From assembly GCF_964355755.1 (NCBI RefSeq), contig NC_092673.1, forward strand, positions 31,617,648 through 31,681,647: a DNA stretch of 64,000 nt, written 5' to 3'. Of the stretch, positions 1 to 12,054 are shown in pieces (position 1 is the first letter of the stretch; every line of letters begins with the position of its first letter). The notes beneath the pieces were generated by a model. That model searched no databases. It worked only from the letters and a program-made list of their open reading frames with translations, and was not told the origin of the DNA. The DNA comes from Antedon mediterranea (lineage: Eukaryota > Animalia > Echinodermata). Made by a program: the position numbers and the translations under genes.

Positions 1-1164
1 GCTCCAGACGGAGTTTTGTCTTAATATTAGTAAAAATATAAATATTTTTGCACATATGGCGTTTCATACGTCTATTACTTGAGTTTGGATATTTTCAGAC
101 AAAAATCGCGGTCGAAATAAAAACAAATAAATCAAAAAAGACAATAAATACAGACTTGGGGCAAGTCGAGACTTTGAAGTTTCCTAACTAAACGCGCTAT
201 GCCTTGGAAACATCAAAGAGAAAAGCTGGCGTGGTGAATTATTTCAATACAACCAAGATATTCACACACACCCACACGTACACACCAGGTCATTGAACTC
301 TTTCGATGCTAATAACACTATGCTACGTATTCTACATGCATCCCTCTCTACTCGAGTAAATATTTTAAAACAAAACCAGACAAGAAGTATTCTATGACAA
401 CATTTAGTCTCTCAATTCATTAGCAAATATGTTATGTATTTTTATTCAATTAATTTATTGAAAAGCTAATAATCTGCATGTTAATTTATGCTTTATAAAA
501 TGTTGTTTATCCTAAAAGCAAATGGAACAATGCTCAATTCACGTTAAAAATACTAATTTACAAATAAATGATAACTAAATAAATTGCAATTTTTGTTGTA
601 AATCACAACACAATATGTATCAATGCTTCTTATTTAAGCAAGAATCAAATTATTTTTAATGTAGCAGTATTTAATATTTTATTACGCTAAAATATTCACA
701 GCTGACATTTCATTGTAGTAGTCATAGTCGTAGCCTTCCACAACATCAATAGAATCAATTTTCAGTTTATTCTGGGAACCCATTTTCATACATGCTTGTT
801 TCTATTATTCTGTGACGTATTAAAAAAACAAAACAAAATAATTATTCAACAATAGATAAAAACATAAGATGAAAAACAAGACGAACTCCCGTATGATATG
901 GTATGATCAATTTGTTTGCCCAGTGAGAATTTAGGGACCGATCTTTATAATACATTGTTTATTTATGTATCAACCTCATTTTGTGAGATGATCCCCAAAT
1001 TCTCCCGCACTTGCTCTAAGTCTGAATCTATTGTCTTGATTATTAAGTGTCGGCGTTTCTATTTTGTATTAAAGTTTTATACATATGAAACGCCAAATAT
1101 GCCAAATGATTTATCTTTTTGTTAATATTAATTCGAAACAGGGTCTAGACTCTAGAACCTAGAC

Positions 1165-4100
1165 TAGTTTTTTTATTTATTTTTATTTATTTTTTTATTA
1201 AGGTATAAAAACATCAAATTCCAACCAGCAGCAAGAGCTGAAAAGGTTGGATTACAATCAACTGAGAAATAAAATACATCAAAGAAGATCTAAACTAAAC
1301 ATTAAACTTAAAGGATTCGTGCTAAGTGTGGAATAGTAGACCGCCTATATCTTTCAGTGCGACATCTGCAAGAATCCAACTTTGAACTAGTATTGCTCCT
1401 TAACGATCTTGAATGCCTATCAGATTTATATGCTGGTAACATATTTCTAAATTTGGTAGATTCTAAAAGACTCTTGCCAAACTTGAGAAGAATCTGTTCT
1501 CTACGGGACTTTAAAGAAGGCAAACCTACTTGCTCTAAGGCTAATTCATAGTTAACATAATGTGGGCTCAAAATTATGCGCAAAGCCCGTTTTTGAATTT
1601 TTTCTATTAAATTAGATTGCTGAACAGTTAATGATGAATGCCAAACCTGGCAGGCATATTCCAGCACAGGTCTGATATATGATGTAAATACTGTAACCAG
1701 GTCACTGACTGGTGCACTAGACCTTTTCAGGATACATAGTGAAAATAGTCTACGTGAGGCTCTTGATGTTATATCATTAACATTTGAACCCCATTTGAGG
1801 TCATTTTGGATTATTACACCAAGCAGTTTTAACTTACTAACTATTGGAAGATTAAAGTTATCAATAGTGTAAACTAAATTAAGCTGCCGTTGCTTTAAAA
1901 AGTTAAATTCAATTACTTGGCATTTAGCTGGTTTTGGTAGAACATCATTAGATGCACACCACCCACTGACACTATTAAGGACACTTTGTAAGTTAGAGGA
2001 AGCACCACATTTGGTTACTTCCCCTAGAGTCAGGTCATCCACAAATTTCCAACGTCTACAACTTTCAATGGCAGCATCATTTACTAGAACCAAAAAGAGT
2101 ATAGGTCCCAGTTTGGTTCCCTGTGGTACTCCACAAGAGATTGATTTGGTGGAAGAAATGTGCGTGCCAAGTTTGGTAGTATGAGTTCTTTCACACAGAA
2201 AGCTGCAGACGATGGAAACAATGGATGACCTAACTCCAAGTTTAATTAATTTATCTATAATAATTGTATGATTGACTCTATCAAATGCCTTAGTAAAATC
2301 AATTGTACAGAGTTCAACTGATTGTTTGGGCTTGTCAAGACTTTGATAAACATAATTTAACATATCCACAAGATAATGTATAGTAGATGAACCTTTTGTA
2401 TTACCATACTGCTTAGTGTCTAATTTATTGTCAATATCCTCAATAATCCATTTGGCAATAAATGCCTCAAAAATCTTAGCAAAGACCGGCGTCAATGATA
2501 TTGGACGAAGATCATCAAAAGAACGGATCTTGTTTTGTTTTGGAACTGGAACTATAGAAGCAGTTTTCCACTGACGTGGAAAGTGTCCCTCATTGAGACA
2601 CGTATTAAATAATTTAGTTAGCGGGTTAGCAAGTTCAATAGCAAATTCCTTAATTATTTTAATTGGTAAGACTGTTGGGTGGCTTGATTTATTACAGTTC
2701 ACTTTAGTCAAAGCCTTACGAACTTCCCATTCATGTATAACTGGTGGTTCACTTGCTGGGAGGAAGGCTGGTAGCTTGTTGATATTCAAAGCCGGAAGCT
2801 GATTACATACAAGTGCAAAATGGCTATTGATGCATTCAACGGTGTTTATAGGGTCAACATCAGAGCCAGGAATACGACTTGATTTCTTCCTCATATTACA
2901 GAGCTTCTGGACACTGCGGTGCCATTTTCCAGGTTGGTTCCCTTTCAAGGTAGCAATAGACTTTTCATAGAATGAAGCCTTCGCTCGTTTGACTTCCTGC
3001 TGTACCTTACAACGTAAGATTTTCCACTGGATATCCTGTCCATTTCGGTAAGCCACCTGGCGTTTCAAAATTAATTTTCTTAGTTTAGTTGTAAACCAGG
3101 GCTTGTCATTCAATCTCTTGTTAGTGAAAATTTGAGGAAAATGCTCTTCATAAGCACTGTTGAGCTCCTGATTAAAAATTTCCAAAAAATCTGAAGAGTT
3201 TTCATAAGCACTAAGATGATTCCAATCATGCAAAGTCATCCATTGTCCAAATGATCTGATCGAGGAGTCTCTTAGTGGACGAAACAGCAAATGTGCTGGC
3301 TTGTGATTTACATCTGCAAGATTGGTTGATGGTTCCAACAAAATACAACAATGGTCACTTCGACCAACTGGTGGTAGTTCCATAGGTTCAGTAAAGATAT
3401 TAGGAATGTTAACAAATATCTTATCGAGGTGCGCATTTTGTCTAGTAGGAAAGTTAACCACCTGTTTCAAAAACAACTTAGACTCTAATTCTGAAGTATT
3501 GAGATCATTGAAATCACCACATACCATAATTCCTGCTGAAAAATCACTAGTTCTAATGCTATCAACGGTACTCGTAATGTGACTGAGAAGCTCAGTGGCA
3601 TTAGCCGAATTGGGAGGGTAATAAATGACGCCAACGAACATAGTTTTAATTGCTACACCAACACTACGGAAGTCAAATTTTTTCCACAAACATTCAAATT
3701 CACAATTATCATGGATATCCATAGAGACATCACTTACTTTAATATTAACTTCATTATGTGTATAAAAGGCTACACCACCACCTCGACGTCCATTATCAGA
3801 TCTGCATTTGGCGTGCATGGTGTAATCAGTAATTCGCACCTTGAAGGCTATTAGGATTCAGCCAAGTTTCAGTTACAGCAGCTATGCTAATTTTGTTGGT
3901 GCTCAATACAGCATGGAACTCATCCATTTTGTTATTTAGTGACCTCGCATTAGTTAATAATATTCTGGGTAAAGCATGAGAGATGGACTTACAAGGAATA
4001 TTTATTAGGTTCTTTTCTCTAAGTTTTTGTTTACATTGTTTAAATCTACCAGATATGATTGAAATTATTTTCCTTTTAATGCGGCTACCCGCTCGGCGGC

Positions 4101-4230
4101 TACGATTTGGTTTCCATATTTTAAGGGTTTTTAATAAAGATACTAACAAAGAACTAACATCTCCATTGGCCCGCTTGTTCCGTAACTGAAATAATATATG
4201 TCTATTATACACTAATTTGTTCATCTAAAG
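1165..4230 (-). mobile_element. CR1-group (CR1/L2/Rex-Babar-like) non-LTR retrotransposon, APE endonuclease + reverse transcriptase, one frameshift
   Basis: ORF 3826-4224 carries APE start motifs (LLTNARSLNNK, AVTETWL). ORF 1308-3839 carries GDFND, LDKIF, SDH, LRPISLT, DFTKAFD, GVPQGTKLGP and FVDD. A +1 frameshift lies near 3830. An A/AATA-rich 3' tail reads as a T/TTTA run at ~1167-1200. Confidence 0.93.
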
Positions 4231-4580
4231 GTCTAGGCCTAATAATATTTTGAATAAAATTTATTTACAATTGACTAATTAATTTATTTACAAATTTCTA
4301 ATTATTAAATATAAAAATAAAAATTCAATATATATATTTACATTAAAAGTGTTATATTTAGGCACGAAAGTAACAACATCCATTATCTAGGAAATGTAAA
4401 AGTATTAGATATATTGAAACTTTAAGAACAATGCAATCAATGACATAGGACAACTGGTTATATATTCCTACACATTATTTTTAAACAATTGTCTACTTAT
4501 TAGTACATACAAGGCACAGACGTTCGATCCTTGTTTACTAAAATTAATAATAATTTCGATTATGTCGACAGAACGTTAAC

Positions 4581-5792
4581 ATGGCTGTTCCACGTGTTCT
4601 TGTAACCATCATCAATAATGGTAGAGAGATATTAAAGAAACCCGTGTCTGGAGGTACCATTCAGGAACTTGAAACTGAATGCAGGAAAGTATGCCCGTCC
4701 ATACAATCAAACATAATTGAACGTGTACTGGTATATGACAACGACTTTGATGACTATATAGACACGTTGGACCACATTCCAGCAAATCGAGACAAACTTA
4801 TATTTCGTTTTGTCTCCCCAATACCACCACCATCGTCAGACCTGGACCACCAACCTCCTAGCACCGTATTTCAAGAGACTACTCGTCAATCAACCCTCCA
4901 ATTTGTGTCAGGAAAACTTAAAGTCAGCCATGAAGCCCCAGTAGTACCGCCGGTTATTAACGATCTAGAGGAAATCCAGTGCAAATCGAAGATATTTGGT
5001 AAAGAAAAACAAAAGTTGAACAGATACCAAGAAAAGATTAACGAAGCTGCATGCGCGTTAGCAAGAGAGGACCACACACTCATCAGCAACAAAGGTCTTC
5101 TTTTAGAACAGGCAAGGAAAGTGGTACACAATAGCGGGTACGCGTATGCGCATGGAAACAAAACAAGAAGCAAGGTATTTGGTGGGAAGGGCAAGTCCAA
5201 AAAGAACACCTACTCGAAGGAGCGTACCCGCAACGAACAATTACAAGTCTTACAGGAACAGATTAATAGCATTAAAACGCAAGTTGATTATATGGAAAAG
5301 GGGAAGATTAAAGCGGTCGGTTCAAGCCAGTTTGGTCAAGCTGTCAATTTTGAGCAGCAAGCAGTAGAATTGAAATTAAAACTAAGAAGACTTGTCTGCG
5401 AGAAGGCTGGCATTGAACGATGTGCAGCGAAGTTATTGAAGAGGAAACTAAAACGTCCTATGGGAAGATCAACAGCAAAACAAACCAAATTGACGTTTGC
5501 TCCGACCGACATAAGTGATGAACCAACCGTCAGCGAAATAAGCGACGATTCTGCTTCAGAAGATGACATAGGTCTAACAGCAACACCACCACCACCACCA
5601 CCAGTTAAAGAAGATAATAATAATACAGGCTTACACGGAGCACCATCAGATGATGAAAGTGGCGCAGAAAGAATTCTTCTAAGAATTCAAGGAATTATTC
5701 ACTCACCGGTCGTATCTGAAAGTGATGATTATGACGATTTAGACATTTCAGGAACATCATCAAACTTCAATATTTCAAAGGATTTTTGTTAG
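4581..5792 (+). CDS. Transposon ORF1 (403 aa): N-terminal beta-grasp-like region, NAB NCD2-like helical domain, coiled coil, acidic/Pro-rich tail
   Basis: Long ATG-initiated ORF. SKIFGK..KLNRYQEKINEAACALAREDHTLISNKGLLLEQARKVVHNSGY resembles NAB NCD2 (SAIYGR..LTVNEAAAQLC.KD.ALL..RDELF.LARQ). It overlaps the next ORF in the -1 frame. Confidence 0.7.
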   Translation: MAVPRVLVTIINNGREILKKPVSGGTIQELETECRKVCPSIQSNIIERVLVYDNDFDDYIDTLDHIPANRDKLIFRFVSPIPPPSSDLDHQPPSTVFQETTRQSTLQFVSGKLKVSHEAPVVPPVINDLEEIQCKSKIFGKEKQKLNRYQEKINEAACALAREDHTLISNKGLLLEQARKVVHNSGYAYAHGNKTRSKVFGGKGKSKKNTYSKERTRNEQLQVLQEQINSIKTQVDYMEKGKIKAVGSSQFGQAVNFEQQAVELKLKLRRLVCEKAGIERCAAKLLKRKLKRPMGRSTAKQTKLTFAPTDISDEPTVSEISDDSASEDDIGLTATPPPPPPVKEDNNNTGLHGAPSDDESGAERILLRIQGIIHSPVVSESDDYDDLDISGTSSNFNISKDFC

Positions 5793-5828
5793 GGCCCATA
5801 CAGAAGAGTACCGATACATGTATGGGCC
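5780..5828 (+). promoter_or_regulatory. Candidate -1 programmed ribosomal frameshift signal
   Basis: G GAT TTT at 5780-5786 is in the ORF1 frame, followed by a 6-nt spacer TGTTAG that contains the ORF1 stop. GGCCCATACA (5793-5802) is exactly complementary to TGTATGGGCC (5819-5828). The -1 frame stays open for 451 codons. Confidence 0.65.
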
Positions 5829-8800
5829 ATTCATCATCAGAAACAAGAATGAAAGAAAATAAAGATACCATACACTATTCTTCACATACAAACATAACCT
5901 TAGCTAATTCTTTAAAAGACAAATTATATGCATGCACCAATTTTCATATACAGCCATGTAGTAGATGCCCAGACCTTATAAAAATGGGAGACACAATATT
6001 GAAATGTGGCATTATTGGTTTGCAAGAACTTCATAGCCAAGTATCGCCATCTAAAATATACAAGACAGACAAGGCATTGAGGCGTGTTATGCAACTACCT
6101 GTAGTTGCAATACGTGTAGGGCAACATCAGAGGCGCCTTTATGTAGCAGAGTATGTCAGCAATTTCAGCTATGAAAAAATAATCAGCTTCCTAAATCTCC
6201 AACCAATTACAAAATTAAAAATGTCTAAGGAAGAAATGAGACAAATCTGTAGTTTGGCTTCTACAGAAAAAGATCAAAATTTAATTAAATATACAGCCAT
6301 TAGAGCACACCAGCTAAATCCAACACAAAGCCGAAAACATCTAGGTGTTTACAACCCAAAATCGTTAGTGGAAACAGTACAAGCATCAATTAAGCAACAG
6401 CAACAAATACGAGAAGACTTGTGGGAACTTGCATCAATCCAGGCCTCAGCAGAACAAGTAGTACACCAAGAACATCAAACTGAAGGAACTTGTCTCATAG
6501 AAAGTGAATCGGAGAGCGACGACCCAGAAGACTATGTCAACTTACAAAGAAACACAGACAAGGCAAAACAAAAGGTGAAGGAACTATCTCTTCTCGTATA
6601 CAGGAGAACCGAGCGCAATTTAGCTAAAAAAGTTGCCAAAGAGTCGTTATTAAAAAGAAAATTGCCATTGGCTGTCAGTCGGACAGTGATTAAGTATCCG
6701 GATATTGGAAAAGTCATGGAAGAATTTGTTCATGATAATTTGGTTGGCGCCGATGCCTGGCGACGAACTGGTGTATTTACGTTCGATGGAAATTTAAAGC
6801 GAGGGAAGAAAGTTACCTATAAACGGTTAATGGAATTTCTAGAAGAAAAGTATCAAGATAAGTTTGCATATGGCACTGTAGTACAATTGTGTGCCTGTCA
6901 TAATCGACGTAGGCTATCTGCCAAACGGTACAAAGGCGCTGCGCAGATTACCTCCAGAAGAGCCAGGAAAGGGTGGAATGTTCGCCTAAACCCGGATAGC
7001 CATTGGAGTAATTCTTTTTATAAAGACCTTGATACATTGCAGTTGAAGGATGGCAGCAATAAATTCATTTTAAACCGAGATGATGCCGCCGGTTTCCGTC
7101 TAGACACAACATATACTCACAAACAATACAAATCAATTTAATTAAAGAACAAACCAGAACTAACTACACACACAGACTATGTGAACAAATACAAATCAGT
7201 TCTACAAACGTCAATGCACCTTGTAATGGAAACGGCAAATACAACTCAAAAAGTTCTTGGAGTTGTCAAAGCTCATAACTTGTATCCGAAAAATGCAACA
7301 CAGCACATGGCTGACCTCTACATGATGAGTGAAATGAATGAGTTTAAGGATGATACGCACAAGCCCATCGACTGTATTCGTGTTGACGGCGCATCAGACG
7401 AAGGCCCGTCGCATGCGGAAGTACAATTCTTATGGAGCGAATGGCATTTAAAAATGAAGAAATTTTGTACACTGGTAACAGCTCGGTATGCTGGTGGAAG
7501 CTACCTTAACAGAGTTGAACAAATAAATGGATGTCTTTCGAGAGCACACGCTAATATGTTTATACCATCAACGATTCATGGGTCAAACTTTAGCAACGAC
7601 GGTATAGACGAGGAAGTTTTGGAAAAGAACTTGGAAACTGCATCTGACGTTTATATACATCGCTGTAATGGAGCACCAGCAGGACGTTCGCAAATACAAC
7701 TCGTTAAAGGAAGTAAGAGTGAGTATGCAGTTGCACTTCAAGAACAAAGACCTTTCCTCTTAACGTTTTTAAAAGGATCGCAAACAGCCAAACAGAAACT
7801 TAAAGAAGAAAAGCCTGAGTTAGTCTCGCATTTCTCAAAAATATGGGACTTACGTAACAGACACATGCAAAGAGGACTACCATCTTATGTTTTTCAACTT
7901 CTCCCCTGTTATGAAAAAGAATGTCCCCATCCAGTATGCTGTTCTAACAAACATGAAGATGTGTTATGGTTTGATGGCGGACCAAATATTTCATTTTTAC
8001 CATTACCAATCCCAGATCCCAAACGACCATGGGGCGGTGATTGTGGTACTTGCAGTGGTAACTGTAATGGCCATTTTTTAAAGTATCCTGAAAATATGAC
8101 TGGATCATATTGTAAGCCTCCTCGTGATGTTATTGGTGATGCTTTTAAACAATTACCTAGACCTAATGGAGAAGTTTCGGAAGAAGCCATAACCGACTTG
8201 TCGAAGCAATGCTTGTTGCCTATCCAAGAAGTCAAGATGTGGGTAGAACATCTGGAAAGCATTAAGCAGAGAAGGTTAAGTGGAGTAGAGAAAGCGAGGA
8301 ACACCAGATTAAATTCTAAAGAGAGGGAAGAAACTAAAGAGAATGCGGACGAAGAGGATTTCTGTTTGTGCCATGGGTAAAACATTCTTTTAAATCATGT
8401 TTTCGGATTAGACCGATAATAATATTACACAAAAATAGGCCTAAATACTAATAAAATGCAGTATAAGCAAATACATAGATATTAAAATGATTAAACTACC
8501 AAATTACCCTTAGTTGACGGTTTACCATTAGCTAAACACCACTTGATGAAAAAACATTGACGACGATGATAATAGTGTTGTGTTACGACGATATTTAGAC
8601 CGAAATGAAATTAAAAAGATGAATTACAATAAACATAATAATTTCATGAAAACTGTCATCCAATGACACATTTGCCGTATGAATATCTCGCCATAAAATT
8701 ATTTGTTATTAATTCATTATTTTACAGTGGAGAATTTGGAAAAATGGTCATGTGCGACAACGTTACATGCATTCAACGTTGGTTCCACTACGAATGTGTA

Positions 8801-9010
8801 GGGGTTAAGCGGAAACCAAGGGGAACCTGGTACTGTCCGAACTGCAGAGAAGAGCCAGACCCTGAATCATTTTGCCTTTGCAATGAGGAAGAGCATGGCG
8901 AAATGATTCTCTGCGATAACCAGGCCTGTACCATTAAGTGGTTTCATTTTGATTGTGTTGACGTGAAAAGTGTACCAAAAGGGAAATGGTTGTGCCCATT
9001 GTGTCGGTGA
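5786..9010 (+). mobile_element. Zator-like (IS630/Tc1-related, TP36-type) DDE transposase with two C-terminal PHD fingers; one premature stop
   Basis: Motifs NRDDAAG, RVDGASDEGP, GGSYLNRVEQ..CLS and HGS..IDEEVLEKNL parallel Zator QDDK / VDGGPDENP / SAFNRVERRMAPLS / HFGSH..IDEELEKKNF. ORFs 5786-7141 and 7181-8380 share a frame and are separated by TAA at 7139-7141. A GT-AG intron at 8377-8727 joins CLCHG to GEFGKMVMCDN, giving two C4HC3 PHD fingers that end at TGA 9010. Termini were not identified. Confidence 0.72.
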
Positions 9011-9015
9011 ATGGC

Positions 9016-9730
9016 AATCCCAACCCCGAAACGTAGACTAAAAAATACCGGGTTGGTGTCCGGCGGGGGATAGTTTTTACCACTGTAAAAAAAAAAAAAA
9101 AAAAAAAAAAAATGATAGCTACTTATTTCATCATTGCCTTGTTTTTAATCCCAACCCCGAAACGTAGACTCAAAAATACCGGGTTGGTGTCCGGCGGGGG
9201 ATAGTTTTTACCACTGTAAAAAAAAAAAAAAAAAAAATGATAGCTACTTATTTCATCATTGCCTTGTTTTTAATCTCAACCCCGAAACGTAGACTCAAAA
9301 ATACCGGGTTGGTGTCCGGCGGGGGATAGTTTCTACCACTGTAAAAAAAAAAAAAAAAAAAAAAAAAATGATAGCTACTTATTTCATCATTGCCTTGTTT
9401 TTAATCCCAACCCCGAAACGTAGACTCAAAAATACCGGGTTGGTGTCCGGCGGGGGATAGTTTTACCACTGTAAAAAAAAAAAAAAAAAAAAAAATTTGA
9501 TAGTTACTTTTTTCATCATTGTCTTGTTTTTAATCCCAACCCCGAAACGTAGACTCAAAAATACCGGGTTGGTGTCCGGCGGGGGATAGTTTTTTACCAC
9601 TGTAAAAAAAAAATTTGATAGCTACTTTTTTCATCATTGTCTTGTTTTTAATCCCAACCCCGAAACGTAGACTAAAAAATACCGGGTTGGTGTCCGGCGG
9701 GGGATAGTTTTTACCACTGTAAAAAAAAAC
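9016..9730. repeat. Minisatellite, 6 copies of a ~120-130 bp unit with a variable poly-A tract
   Basis: Unit AATCCCAACCCCGAAACGTAGACT..CCGGGTTGGTGTCCGGCGGGGGATAG..CCACTGT(A)n starts at ~9016, 9147, 9272, 9403, 9532 and 9650. A degenerate copy lies at ~10343-10390. Confidence 0.97.
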
Positions 9731-11859
9731 TACACGTTTCAGGACACTTGGAGTATTCAAACATTTTCATTTTCATTTGTTGCGCACATGAATGTTTACG
9801 AACAGCACATAAATAGAGTAGAAAGACCATTTTTTTTCTATTCAGTTTTGTTTTGTATACCTTCTGTGATAGATTTCATTCATTTTTAAATTAAAACGTA
9901 ACAACACACCTGCACATTAAACTTGTGCTCTTCAAAATGGCCACTTTAATTTTAATATAAATTTATGAAAAAACATGCCTATTTTTTAGTTTCTTTATAT
10001 AGCTCTTATCAATAGGATGGATGATGACCACCCATTGTTTAATTATCAGGGAAGCTGAGTTTTAGAATTCATGTAACATTTTTTGCTTGACGAGAGTTGT
10101 GACGTCATCATTTTTTAAAAATGTGTTTTTTCTCTTTTGTGCTAGTTAATTGAATTTAATAGAGCCCATCTCGCTTATTTGAACCCAATCTTTCCCATTT
10201 TTCTCTTATATTTTCTTACTCAACCAATTTTCTTTCGTAGGAGATATATTAAGGGTATTCCACAGTTACACATTACTGATTTTACGTCCGAACACAACGC
10301 GCCTTTTCTTACGTCTAGTCTTTATTCTGTTGTCAATCAATTCCCCGAAACCGAGAAATACCGGGTTGTTGTCCGGCGAGGCATAGTTTTTCATTATTAT
10401 TTCACATTATTATGTTTATATCAGTAATAGTAAATTTAAATATTGTAATGTGTGATTAATAACGCGGTAAGTGTACAGAGCTTTAAATTATCAATCAGGT
10501 CCTTTCAACGTAAAATCTGACGAAATTTAGGCTAATACCTAAACAGAGAGTGTTATGAAAACGTTAACGTTACGGTATATATAAATTAAAGTAAACGATG
10601 TGGTATATTTGGATTTTCACTGATTATTATGTTATAAAAATATATATGTATTGAAATAGAAAAAAAAAAGTTTAACAATTGTTTTAATTGTATACCAAAA
10701 ACAGGTACGGGTAGGTTAAAGCCTGAACTAGTGTAGGTCTATTTTGTTTTTTAAAAATGTTAATTCTTTACATTTACATGAGTTTTATCATTCTTGTGGA
10801 TGAATAAATATGAATGTGTTCACGACCTTGACTTAATATTATGTCTTAATATTTGGTAGCGGGAGTGGGGAGGGTGATGATGGGATAGTGTTGAGAGGCC
10901 TACTTACCAAAGCTGTTTTGTTTATATTCAAAAGATCTCTGATTGTTGAACTATGCTATTTTACCGCGTATACCGTATGTATACAGTGCTATAATAAATG
11001 AATAATACTAATAATAAATAGGTAAAATGAACTCGCGCGTGAATTGTAATAGTGTGCTTAAAAATACTCTGTACTCAACAGATTGGACGGTGGAACGGCT
11101 ATTTATAATACAAATATTACGTCATTTTCAAGTTTGGCCGATAGAGGGCGCGAAGGATGACGCTCTCATGCGTGACAATGTACGACCTGGCCGCCTTCCG
11201 GTCGTCCCCCGCGATCGTCGAGGCCTTGTTTTCAGGCTTTTTGAGTGGCGGTAAAGTGACGGACATTGACGCACCATTGCACATTGAGGTGACGTACCAT
11301 TTAGGTTTTTTGACGCACCCCTGTGTCATTAATTATGCGTAAATGACGCACCCATGACGCACCTCTCCCGGGGGTCGTATAGTGCGTCATACAATTGACA
11401 AGTGCATAATATGATGCAATTTTCCATATTTGGTCAAGTGTAAGTTGTAACTACTTTAATATGCCAGAGAACGGGTAAATCCATTGTTGGTAAATGACAT
11501 CTGTAGAAGGGGTGGTAGTATGGGTAATCTGAATAATGTCTGTGTAGGAAATTGCGCAAGGATTTTCTTGTGCAATTTGAATCAAAATACTATTCAAATT
11601 GTGCAGGAAATTTCAAATTGTTGAAAGTATTTGATTTCAAACCAAAAAACTTACTTATAATATCCTAAATTAGGTAATATTATTTATTAATTAATAACAG
11701 AATAAAATGTTATATAAATATAATTTATTTTTAAAATTCCTTTTTTTTAAATCTTTCAAATTGCGCATAACATCTGTAAAATTAAACTTTAAAGATGATC
11801 TTTTATTAAAAATGTATTAGAGATATAAATATAACTAAAATTATCGAATAGAAACTAAC

Positions 11860-12054
11860 TTCAGCTGACTCTTTCATTGCATCCTGTTTCTGCTTTTTTT
11901 CATTGAATTTCCTCATCTTTTCTTCTTTAGCTTTTTGCTTAGCCTCCTTTTTGAGCTGTGCAGCAGACTTCACCACCGAGGCATCGCCGGCCACGTCCGA
12001 CGTCGTCGTATCGCCAGCTGCTGCTGCTACGTTCTCAGTCACATTACTCGACAT
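11860..12054 (-). CDS. VARS1: First coding exon of a cytosolic-type valyl-tRNA synthetase (65 aa); remainder not in window
   Basis: [29 protein letters not shown] matches the cytosolic ValRS N-terminal helix ([24 protein letters not shown]). Acceptor TTTTTGTTGGTACAG lies just upstream of the ATG. Phase-0 donor GAA|GTTAGT at 11859. Confidence 0.78.

Noticed and set aside
3826-3839. Programmed frameshift in the LINE
   Set aside because: It falls inside the APE domain with no slippery heptamer or hairpin, so a simple indel is more likely.
8663-9010. Stand-alone ING/YNG2 gene
   Set aside because: No ING N-terminal domain; the PHD exon splices in frame onto the transposase ORF.
9016-9730. CRISPR-like regular repeats
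   Set aside because: Whole units are repeated with no unique spacers, the context is eukaryotic and there are no cas genes.
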